Notes under the pieces: generated by a model | The model's input: only the letters and a program-made list of their open reading frames with translations | Told to the model about the DNA's origin: nothing | The model's database searches: none | DNA from: Azolla caroliniana | Taxonomy: Eukaryota; Plantae; Polypodiophyta | Direction: 5' to 3' | Assembly: GCA_043228905.1 (NCBI GenBank) | Contig: JBHGNT010000020.1 | Span: forward strand, 7,936,001-8,000,000 | Length of the DNA stretch: 64,000 bases | Made by a program: the position numbers and the translations under genes | Shown: in pieces, positions 37,140 through 48,168 of the stretch | Numbering within the stretch: the first letter of the stretch is position 1 | Layout: the number at the start of each line of letters is the position of its first letter

Positions 37140-38075
37140 ATTCAAATCCAAGACCGAACTGTGGCGGTAATCCAGGGCCGAATAGTGGTGGCAACTGAGT
37201 GTAGAATGACGGTAGTGGAGGAGTGAACTCCATTTGATCGAACAGTTTTGGCAATCCAGGACCGAACAAGTGCGGCAATTGAGTGTAGAATGATGGCAAT
37301 GGAGGAGTGAATTCTGTCGAATCAAACAGTGGCAAATGATGCTTGGTACGCACAGTGACGACAACTGAGAGTAGAATGGCAACAATGGAGAAGGAGTGAC
37401 CTCCTTCGGATCTAAAAGTGGTAGCAATACACCACCGAACAGTAGCTGCAACTAAGTGTAGAATGATGACAATGGATGAGTGAACTCCGTCAAATCGAAA
37501 AGTGGTAGCAATCCAAGACCGAACAGTAGCGGCAACTAAGTGTAGAATGATGGCAATGGAGGAGTGAACTCCGTCAAATCGAACAGTGGCAGATGATGCT
37601 TGGAATGCACAGTGATGACAACTGAGAGTACAATGGCGGTAGTGGAGAATGAGTGAACTCCCTCAGATCGAAAAGTGGCAGCAATACACAACCGAACAGT
37701 AGCGGCAACTAAGTGTAGAATGATGGCAATGGAGGAGTGAACTCTGTCAGATCTAACTGTGGCAGATGATGCTTGGAACGCATAGTGATGGCAACTGAGA
37801 GTAGAATGGTGGCAGTGGAGAAGGAGTTAACTCCGTCGGATCGAAAAGTGGCAGCAATATACGACCTTCACAGTAGCGGCAACTGAGTGTAGAGTGGCAG
37901 CAATGGAGGAGTGAACTTGGCAGATGATGCTTGGACTGAATAGTGGCGGCAACTGAGTGTAGAATGGCAACAATGGAGGAGTGAACTCCGTCGGATCAAA
38001 CAATGCCAGATGATACTTGGACCACACCATGCCAGTAACTGAGTGTAGAATGGCGGCAATGGAGTGAACTCAATA
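37140..38075. repeat. Subterminal tandem repeats (~70-80-bp units, core caactgagtgtagaatg..gcaatggaggagtgaactcc)
   Basis: About 12 recurrences upstream of transposase #2. Confidence 0.85.
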
Positions 38076-39005
38076 GGGTTTAGCAACAGTGGTAGTAATC
38101 TAAGCCAGAATACTCAACTAAAGATGGCCCACGTGATATGGCAAAGGATCATGCATAATGACCTAGGAATTGAGTATATAATTTATGGTGCACGTATCAA
38201 TTTATGTTGCACGTTTATGGTGCTCATTTATATAATTAAAACTCTCTACTATTTTCAATGGTAGCTTTTTGCATAGCTAATTTATGAATGATAGCTTTTT
38301 GCAAAAATGATTATTTATCAATGGTAGCTTTTTGCATAGCTAATTAGCTATGTCAAGGACATAGCTAATTGTTTACACTTGCATGCTTTCACCCTGTAGT
38401 TGTTCTCCACTTCCTAATACATACATCTTCTTAAGTATTTCTATTTTTGATGGCGAATCAAGCAAGAGTGGTTGTCAAACCCCCTTGAGCCTCACGCTCA
38501 TTTCAATTCAGAAATTGTTGAGCGAGCAAGCTCAACCGGATCCGAATCGGGGAGACGGATCGGAGAGACGCATTCAAGCGGGGACCGGAAGCCTTGTAGT
38601 AGCCTAGACTACTAGGTAATCATTGTCTCGTAGTTAGTGTCAGTCGCACGTAGGAATATTGAATTACTTGTCAGTACTTCTGTCAGTCCTTTATGGACTT
38701 GTATAAATAGTGTTGTGTAGCACGTTGTATGTACAGTGAGTTTTTCAGAGTGATATTTTTCAATTGAGTTTATGTTCTGCTCTCTCTCTCTCTCTCTCTC
38801 TCCCGCGTATACTCTCTGTGTATTAAGCTTCTCCATTAAACCTTCATCTTATTCTATGTTGCTATCTAGCTGAGCCGGTTCTGTCTAACGCTTCCGCACG
38901 TTTACATTCACATGGTATCAGAGCGAGAGGGTTGAGAACCTCTGCTTCCGACACTTGCTTTCCTAGACAACCCTAGAACCTAGTAACAACAGACAAAGAG
39001 AAGAT

Positions 39006-42000
39006 ATGGACAGAGGAATGGCGAGTTCACTTCCAACAGAGAAGCTCGACCGGAGCAACTACGCATCTTGCTCATACAAGATGAACCAATACCTGTTGGG
39101 GCATGGATATTAGAGCTTCATGGAACGAACGAGGTAGCACCGGAGCCGACACATAGTGACTTCCCGGTATGGGAGCAAGGAGCGAGCCGATTATTGTACG
39201 ACCTAGCATCCTATATGCACGATTAGATGCTCGGCTACATCAAGGATGCAAAGACGTCGAAGGAGGCCTAGGGAAATCTAAGGAAGATTTTCGCCGCGAG
39301 TACCACAACCCATAAGTTGCAGCTCCGGCAAGAGTTGAACAACATCCAGCAAAGAGACATGTCGGTTACAGATTACACCACCAAGGTAAAGGAGATTTGC
39401 GACGCACTCGGGTCCATCAACGTGATGGTGGACGAAGATGAGATGGTACAAATCTGCCTCAGTGGTCTAGCGCAAAGGTACAGGCCAATCCGAACAGCGA
39501 TCTGCGCCCGAGAGAAACCATCGCCTTTCTTCGACTTGCAATAGATGTTGATGGTCAAAGAAAACCACGTGAGTGGGTCAAGGAACACTCAATCGGACGG
39601 TCAGATGTTGTACACGGAGACAGATCAGCCCCATGGACGTGGTGGACGAGGTGGGTCAGCACACAATGGAGGCGGCATGAGCAGGACCGGAGGCACAAAG
39701 GTGGTGCTGACAACAGTTCCAGACCCTCCACGAGTAGGGGGAGTCAAAGCGGCGCCGGGAACCGGCAAGGAAAGGCCGACCAGGAATGCTAGTACTGTGG
39801 CAAAAAGGGCCACAGGGAAAGGGAGTGTTGGAAGAAGCGCACTGATTCGGACAAATCCGGATTCGGCAAAGCTCGCACTACGTAGAAGGATCGGAAGGAT
39901 CCGGAACCGGGAAAACCGGTAAAGGGCCAACCTTCGTGATGAAGCACAAGGCTAACTCGATGAAGAAGAATATTGTCAAGATTCGAATTCTTGACATGAC
40001 GATGTTATAATCAAGTGTTATGTGTTAACCACACATCTAGCATATAATCATGTGTATACTTCCTCATTGTAGGTTTTAGCTAGCATCTTGTGTATAATTT
40101 CTCCCTTGTATTATTTACACTTGGCACATGCATGCGTACCTACTGCCTACATGCTCTATTGTATCACATGCGTGCAACAGGTATGCATGCCACTTAGTAT
40201 AAATAGTTGAGTTCACCTTGAAGGAATTCAAGGTGAACAACGCCAGTCATGGACATAGCAATCTAGTATTCTCGTTTCGCCCATCTTCTCTACTCTTGTG
40301 TCATTATGTCATCGCTCCGTCGTAGTCTCATCATTTGTGCTCCGTCTTAGTCCGCACTTGGTGTGTCCGTGACAGTTACTTCCAAATCGGAGGAAGTATG
40401 GTACGTTGATTCTGGAGCGTCCAGCCATATGACGAGGCATGAACAGTTGTTCTCATTTTTGGAGAAACCGGAACAACCAGGAATCGTCGAAACCGGAGAC
40501 GACACCCCTCACCCAATTGTGCATGTCGGAGAAGTCCCTTTAAGCCATGTCGAACAAAAGGGAAAGTCGATGAACGTACTACACGTTCCGACTATCACAA
40601 AGAACCTGATGTCGGTTGGACCAAACATCGACCAGGGGATGTAGGTGCGATTTACGCACCTCGGGTGCTTCATCGAGGAAGAAGGTCGGATAATCGCGCA
40701 AGGGTGCAGAGAAGGGAGGATGTTCATCCTCAACACTAATGACGTCGGCACCGCCATGTTTGCTAAAGGAAAGAAGATTGAATCTGACATTGATTTCTGG
40801 CACAAGAGGATCGGCCACGTCAATTACCGGAGGCTTCAAGACTTGCAATCAAAACAAGTTGTGTTCGGATTGCCAAAATTCAGTGGCTGGAAGGCCAAAA
40901 TTTGTCAAGCCTGCCAACATGGGAAGCAACACCGGCTTCCATTCCCCTCCGAACGAAACCGGAGTTGTAACAAGCCCTACCTAATCCATTCGGATGTATG
41001 GGGACCGGCACAAAACGTTAATCTTGGCGGGAGTCGATACTTCGTCTCCTTCATCGACAACTATAGCCGGCACACGTGGATCTACCTCATCGAACGGAAG
41101 AGCGAAGTCTTCAAATGTTTCCGGAACTTACAAAGCTTAGTTGAACAGGAAATAGAGAGAAGAATCAAGTGCTTGTGGTCAGATGGCGAAAAAGAATACT
41201 TTTCCGGCCAATTCAACAGTTATCTGCAACAGAACGGAATTTGGAGAGAATTGAATTGCAGATACACGTGGAGCAAAATGGTGTGGCCGAAAGGAAGAAC
41301 TGGTCGATTGTCGACGCGGCAAGGGCAATGCTAGAGGAGAAGAGCATGCCCCATTTCTACTGGGTTGAGGCGGTCCGGACGATCGTCTACATCCAAAACC
41401 GGATCAGTGACAAGGTGTAAGCACATAAGTTGTATTTCGGGCGGAAGCCGAATTTGAGACACCTTCGGATATTCGGTAGCATAGCATATGTGCATGTACC
41501 GGATGAGAAGTAGAGGAAGCTGAATTAGAAGTCGGAGAAGTGCATCCTAATCGGTTACTCGCAAGAGCAAAAGGGGTATAAGTGTTATAACCCCCGGACT
41601 AAGGAGGTCTGAGTAAGCCGAGATGTCGAGTTTGATGAGACAGCATCATGGTACTCCCTGCCGACTCCAACTCCCGATGAAGACCCGGTTTCAGAAGATG
41701 AGGCTAGTGAGCCCGAGGAGGTCCAAGCAGAAGATGAAGAACTTGTCACTTTAGAAGAGAGTCTGATCTCATTCCGGCTAAGTGAACCGAATGAGCGGCT
41801 GAGTTGGGATGACCAGTCGGATGATGAACCAGTGAGTAGTGGAAACTCTGTCATGCTCTCCCCATGCAAGAAACCGAGGAGACGGTTCACGCGCAAAGAG
41901 AAGGGGAAGAAGAAGATGTCGGAATACGAAGCCGGCAACGTTGAGTTGGATCGGAGCGAATACGACTCTAGAAAGGAAGAAGGCGGATCTTCAGAAAGGA

Positions 42001-43335
42001 AGTTTGAATCGGCCAAGAAGGGCCTCAAACCGGGTAACGACAAGTTACGTCGGTCATCCTGCCAGAAGAACCCTGTTACACAGTATGGGTACAATGAGTA
42101 CATGGCGCATCACTATGCGTACATGACCAAAGTGGCGGAAGTGGGTTAGCTAGAGAGCTATGCAGAAGCGGCAAAGGACACAAATCGGCGTGCCGCTATG
42201 GAGGAAGAAATGCGGGCACTCGATGCCAATGACACATAGGACCTCGTTGACCCTCCCCGACATTGTAAACCGATCGGTTGCAAATGGTTGTACAAGGTAA
42301 AGTACAATGTTGATAGTTCGGTTAACTGGTACAAGGCCCGGTTAGTAGCGAAGGGATACGATAGACCCACGGAATCGACTACGACGAGACCGTTGCTCCA
42401 GTAGCGAAGATGACGACGGTTCGTGTGGTACTGGCGGTTGCTACAGCAAGGGGGTGGCATCTTCACTAGATGGACGTGAAGAATGCATTTCTTCAAGGTG
42501 ACCTTGAAGAACGGGTCTATAAGATCCAACCTCCCGGATTTCAATCGGAGATGAACAAGTCGGCGGTGTGTCGGCTTAAGAAGTCGCTTTACGGTCTGAA
42601 ACAAGCCGCCCGAGCTTGGAATGCGAAGATCACGCACCGGTTGTGTAAGATGAGGTTTGTGACCTCTAAATCTAACTCCTCGTTCTTCATCCGGCAAGGT
42701 CCGGATAGTCCGGTTTGCATCCTACTTTATGTTGATGATTTAGTCATCACCGGACCCGGACTCAATGAAATCGGCCGAGTAAAGTCCCAGCTATCGGACA
42801 TTTGAAATGAAGGACCTGGGGGACCTTAATTATTTTCTTGGGATCGAGGTGATCCGAACCCCCGACGGCATATTGCTCTCACAACGACACTATGTGTTGA
42901 ATATGTTGTACAAGTTCGGCATGCCGGAATGCCGACCTGTCTCCATGCCCCTGGACCGGAACCAAAAGCTCTGTCCCAACTCTGGACCGGCCTGCGATGA
43001 GAAACGGTTCCGACAAATTGTTGGAAGCCTCATATACCTGACAATCACTCGACCCGACCTCAATTACCCAATTGGAGTGATCAGCCAGTTCATGCAAAAG
43101 CCGACCGTCGAGCACCTTTTGTGCGCACACCAGATACTCTGGTATGTGAGCGGCACGAAGGATCGAGGATTGTTATACTGACACGGTATAGCTAGGAAGC
43201 TAGTCGGATATACCGATGCCGACTGGGCTGGTGATGCATCAGATCGCCGATTCACCTCCAATTACATGTTTTCTCTAGGTAGTGTGGTTGTTGCATGGAG
43301 TAGCAAGAAGCAGCCAACAGTGGTTCTGTCGAGCA
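39006..43335 (+). pseudogene. gag-pol of Copia 3
   Basis: WYVDSGAS, WHKRIGH, IHSDVWGP, LYGLKQA, LLYVDD and YTDADWAG; ends at KKQPTVVLS. Confidence 0.9.
39974..40374. mobile_element. Solo-LTR-like insertion (401 bp) between gag and protease of Copia 3
   Basis: Termini tgtca...tgaca, TATAAATA at ~40198, AT-richer than flanks; TSD not clean (AATAT/GTTAC). Confidence 0.7.
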
Positions 43336-44537
43336 AGAAGATGAGTTGGAGAACACCGACTCGGACAAGAGCGGGAACGAATCGGAGACAGCCAATTCGC
43401 TTCAACAGTTGGATTCGGAGGAGCCGGATCAACTAAAGGCCAAGCGGACACGGACGCAGCGGAAGTCGACGCCAACACAGAGGAACAGACGGATCGACAA
43501 GCGTCGGAGTCGCACCAATGAGGGAGCTGAAATGAACCTATTGAGCAGACAAGCCGACCAAGGAGGTCGAGGTGCGCAAAACCAGAAGGGTCGCCGCAAA
43601 CAAACCGGACCGGACGAGGAGCGCGGGCAAGGCGGAGCAACGCCAAAAGGAGCCGAGTAGAAGAATTGGCTGCCATGGACACTAACACCACGATTCGACC
43701 TCAAGTTGAGCTTGAGGGGGAGTGTTGAGCGAGCAAGCTCGACCGGATCCGGATCAGCTGAAGAAGCCTAAGCCGGATCGGCATCCGGAAGGATGAGCCG
43801 GATCGGTATCCGGAAACAACCGGCCGGATCGGGGAGACGGATCGGAGAGCCGGATTCGAGCGGGAACCGGAAGCCTATTAGTAGCCTAGACTACTAGGTA
43901 ATCATTGTCTCATAGTTAGTATCAGTCGCATGTAGGAAAATTGAAGTACTTGTCAGTCCTTTATGGACTTGTATAAATAGTGTTGTGTAGCACGTTGTAT
44001 GTACAATGAGTTTTTTAGAGTGATATTTTTTAATTGAGTTTATGTTCTGCTCTCTCTCTCTTTCTATCTCCCCCGCGTATACTCTCTGTGTATTAAGCTT
44101 CTCCATTAAACCTTCATCTTATTCTCTGTTGCTATCCGACGAAGCCGGTTTTGTCTAACGCTTCCGCACGTTTACATTCACAGAAATGATTAGAAACAAT
44201 ATCTCTCTCACACTTGCTCTCGTAGACAATGGAAGTAAATAATATGTTTATTATCCCTCTTGCTAAGAGGTCTAGCACCAACAAGGAAGAGAGATTAGTG
44301 TTTCTCTACTAAACACTATCACTAATCTCTCTTAAGCTTAAGGATTACAAGAAAGAGGAGAGGAAGTTTTAGCTCTTAATCACTAAGGAGATCTTTACAA
44401 ATGGAGGAACTTGTCATGAACACATGGCCATTATGTGAACCTCGAACCTTGTAATCCATAATTGAAAACCTCAACCATTAAGATAGCTTATTGTCATATG
44501 AGAAAATAAAAGGTACTTTTTGTATTAGATTGATTAT

Positions 44538-44833
44538 TGTAAAAACTCTAGATCATTCTAGAATGTTCTAGAATGTCCTAGAACATTCTAGGTCTAGAAC
44601 ATACATGTATTCTTTAGGAACCTATAAATAAGGGCATACATGTATTCTCAAATCAATTCGAATCAACAACAGTCTTTAGCTCTCATTACATATCTTGTAT
44701 CCATTCTCTTTCTTCCTCTATCTTAATACACTCATTCTTTTCTTACCATTTCATTCCTTTCTTCTCGTGTTCCCTTATATCCTTCTTCCATCACTCTATC
44801 TTTTATTCTTGGTTTTGATAGTTTGATTCGAAT

Positions 44834-44868
<35 letters not shown>

Positions 44869-45305
44869 CTCCTCTGTAACCATCATGAAACCATGGCCGC
44901 CATTAACTCCGAAGCATATCTCACTCTTGTTGGAAAAATGGAGAATCTTAAATCAATGTCTACTTGGGGATCTACAAAAGGTTACTATAGAGAAGCAACA
45001 ACAACAAGAGGAGTTCGCACGATGGGTTCAACAATTACATTCGACAATCATAGTGTTACAATAACAAAGGGTCGAAGGTCAAGGACTTATCAAGGAGCCG
45101 AAAATCAGCCTCCCAGCTAAATTTGATGGTTCGAGGGCGCATTTCTGAGGTTCCTTGAATCAAGTACGGTTGGTGATTCAAATGCATCCCACACGTTATC
45201 CGACAGATGCATCACGAGTCAGGTTAGTGGGCACCTTATTGATAGGCATAGCGTTGTCGTGGTTTGCTCCATTGCTAGAGGCAATTTCTCCTCTATTGAA
45301 TAATT
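44538..45305 (+). mobile_element. 5' fragment of a Tf1/Tcn1-type chromovirus: LTR (~44538-44820), self-priming PBS, gag start
   Basis: KFDGSRAHF..NQVRLVIQMHPTRYPTDASRV..ALSWFAPLLE is Ty3/PEG10-like gag. ttgattcgaatt (44823-44834) is complementary to 44655-44666. Confidence 0.75.
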
Positions 45306-45603
45306 GCTCCATTGATAGGCATAGCGTTGTTGTGGCTCATGCGACAAAGTCGCAAGGACTAAGGTTAAGGGGAGTTGAAGAAACTTAAATTTTAATAAGG
45401 CTTGTGTGGTGATGTTAGAAAGGTTAAGGATAGCAAGAAGAAGAGTTACAAGTACTATGTGAGAGAGAGCTGAGCATAGATAAAAGATAAATACAATGTA
45501 TGATTCAAGAAGCAAGATTATATGATATAAACATGATGTATATTAAAAATACAAGATTTTACCAACTTTACAATGCTTGATAGAAAGATGAATCCTTTCT
45601 CTA

Positions 45604-45670
45604 TCGACCCTTGATTTGAACCCACGACTTCAACTTTAAAACGCGAGGCTCTTCACCCAATGAGCTAGCT
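45604..45670 (-). other. tRNA-like cassette (Lys-UUU-like) in LTR
   Basis: tagctcattgggtgaagagc gives A box and GCTC/GAGC D stem; gtgggttcaaatc gives B box; no good acceptor stem. Confidence 0.55.
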
Positions 45671-45920
45671 TTAATACTTGATTATTAACTTTCTCTTGAT
45701 TGCTTCCCTTGTTTTCCCTTCTTTCTCTTTATATAGTTCTCATGCAAATGATAATGTGTGAGTGCATAACATGCATGAAATGCATGTGATGCATGATCAC
45801 CATTTGGCGCACATGCATTACATGTGATGCATGATAGCCATCATGCTCATCTAAGCTCCCATGTGTGAAAATATATATGGGATAACTATAATGATGGACA
45901 TAAAACTTTAAAATAAGTAA

Positions 45921-45979
45921 TCTAGCTTAGTGGTGTATGCTTTGTGCTTGGTATACAAGGTTGAGGGTTCAAGTCCCTT
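45921..45979 (+). other. tRNA-like cassette (Pro-UGG-like) in LTR; decayed second copy at 46057-46114
   Basis: tagcttagtgg A box, ttgtg-cttggta-tacaa anticodon arm, gaggg-ttcaagt-ccctt T arm. Confidence 0.6.
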
Positions 45980-48168
45980 AATTTTGCTTAATACAATATT
46001 TAGGTTTATTCTTATATAGTGGAGCACATTCTTGAGAACATTTCTAAAAACAAATAGCCTAGCCTAGTGGTATATACATTGTGCTTGGTTTATAAGGTTG
46101 TGGGTTCAAGTGTTTGAAATATTATTAAATATAATATTTAAATTTATTTTTATATCGTGAAGCAAATCCTTCACGACACCCACCCCCTCTAAACTTACAC
46201 ATTGGTTGTGCAGAGTTCATCCAACACTTCTTCCGATTCTTTTAGTTCTTCTACTTCTTCATAAAATTTGGGCTCTAGTGACTCCCTCCTTTTAAATATT
46301 TTAATCCTTTTTCCTACAATTGGGATATGAATTCCTGTCCCATCTAATTCATTGAGGAAATATGTGGCCTTAACTGTTATTTTCCTAACTTCATAAGGTC
46401 CAAACCATCTTTTTGTGAACTTCCGAATAGTATTGTATTGATTATCTAGGCTACTATCATATACTAATACCCAGTCTCCCTCTTGCACCTTCCTTGGTCG
46501 TATTCTTTTTATCTTGTCAAATCTGTCCTTATTCTTGATTCTTGCCTCTTTCAATCTAGTTGTTGCTTTTTCTATGTCTTCTATCCTAGATTGAGGTTGT
46601 CGTATCCGAATAGCAAGTAAATCTTCCCTACTCATTTCTGATTCCCAAGGCAACACAACCCATGTAGTTATCTTTTCTTCAATTGGCATTATCGGCTTCT
46701 GTCCTGTGATTAATTCTGCATGCATATATCCAGTAATAGTGCTATGAGTTGTCCTATCAACCCATAGTGCATAGGGTAAGACTTTTGGCCAATCACTGAC
46801 CCATCCTTTACATGCCTTTGCTAAAGCTTTAACTATTGGCCCATGTCCCCTTTCTATTTTTCCATTAGCTTCCGGATTGTATGCCATTATCAAAGATAAC
46901 CGAATCCCTATTTTGTCGAAAAAATCTTGAGCTTCTGTAGAATTGAGCTCTCCTCTATCTGCTAGTATCTTCCCGATATATCCATATATACAAACAATGT
47001 CCTCCAAGATGAATTGGCATACTCCTAATGTCCCTTTTGTTCGCAGTGCACGTCCTTCCACTTGATTTGTTAGATCTTCTCTTGCAAGAACCAAGTATCT
47101 TTTTGTCCTACTCCAAGTGGCATTGTTACCAAATCTATCATCCACTTGTAATGCACCCCCGGTGAGTATGTTGGGTGTAACTGATCACAAAATTTTACAT
47201 TTGAATAATATTGACAAGTGGGACAAGTTTCCACATACTTTTTAATTTTCTCATAGTATCGAGGCCACCAAAACCGTTCTATAATCTTATTGAAAGTGGC
47301 CCACACTCCTCGATGACCAACCCATTCTTTGTCATGCAGCTCTCTGATTATCTCCTTTCTTTGCCCTTTAGAACCTATTACTCTTTGCGGGTTTCCAATC
47401 TTGGTTTTCGGATGTCGCCATAGATATCCTTCATGCAAGAAGAACTTATGGGCTTTCTTGCGAAACTGTGCGAACTCTTTTCCATACCGATCTTTATACT
47501 TGTCAGGGGTTTGTAGATACTTCCCTATTTCCTTGAATTCTTCTTCATACTCCTCTTCTAGAAACTGCATTCCTCCTTCCCAGGTAATGCTTGTGGTGAA
47601 GAATGTTTGTTCTTTTTCCTCATCGTCCGAATCTAGAATCTCCTCTTCCTTATACCTTGCTCTTGATAACATATCCGCTACTGCATTTCTATTCCCAGAT
47701 GTTACCGGCCGGCAAGGAGTCCAAAATACGGAGTGAAGGAATTAATTAAGTAGGGTTGTAAATAAGCATAGTGTGGACAGACGGACTGGAAACGGTATGT
47801 CGTTCCAGATCCGGACGGATCCCGAATAGGTGCGATATGCACCGTTTTGTACTACGGGCCGGAAACCTATTTAAAGGCCCGGACCCCATTGTAATCGGAG
47901 CGGATAATTAATAGAGCATATGGTGTTATACTTCTGTGTTGATTTCCGTTCTGTACTTATTGTGATATCTTACGCGTGTAATTAACCAAAGCACTCTAAT
48001 CGTGTAACCTACGTAAGTCGGTGTAATCGTTGAATCTTAATCCTATGCCGTAATCATCCTTTGGTGAAGTGTCTCCGTGACACCTTGTGTTAGGCCTTGT
48101 CCGGTCAGAGAATAACACTGTTTTGGCGACCACGATTCCTGCTTTCTCGCAGCGAACGACGGTAATGG

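Larger units (their letters stand above)
22177..38394 (-). mobile_element. Sola2-like DNA transposon #2 (left terminus missing), cargo-bearing, with nested Copia 2
   Basis: Terminus tttacacttgcatgctttcaccc|tgta at 38394 resembles the TIR of #1. It has a homologous transposase (-) and convergent RING cargo (+), the same layout as #1. The left boundary is inferred from the break in Copia 1 gag. Confidence 0.75.
38516..44182 (+). mobile_element. Ty1/Copia 3, decayed, RNase H largely deleted
   Basis: LTRs 38516-38912 and 43723-44182, GAAAT TSD at 38511-38515 and 44183-44187, PBS tggtatcagagc 38913-38924, PPT gagggggag 43714-43722. Confidence 0.95.
45328..46178 (-). repeat. 3' LTR of Gypsy C (left boundary approximate)
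   Basis: Starts tgtcgtgaagg right after the PPT; ends ...cacaaca. Confidence 0.7.

Noticed and set aside
44183-44537. Another LTR remnant hosting Copia 3 (with 38395-38515)
   Set aside because: Plausible by composition, but no termini, PBS or partner copy could be identified.
45921-45979. Functional tRNA-Pro gene
   Set aside because: No convincing acceptor stem and it is embedded in an LTR; reported as tRNA-like only.
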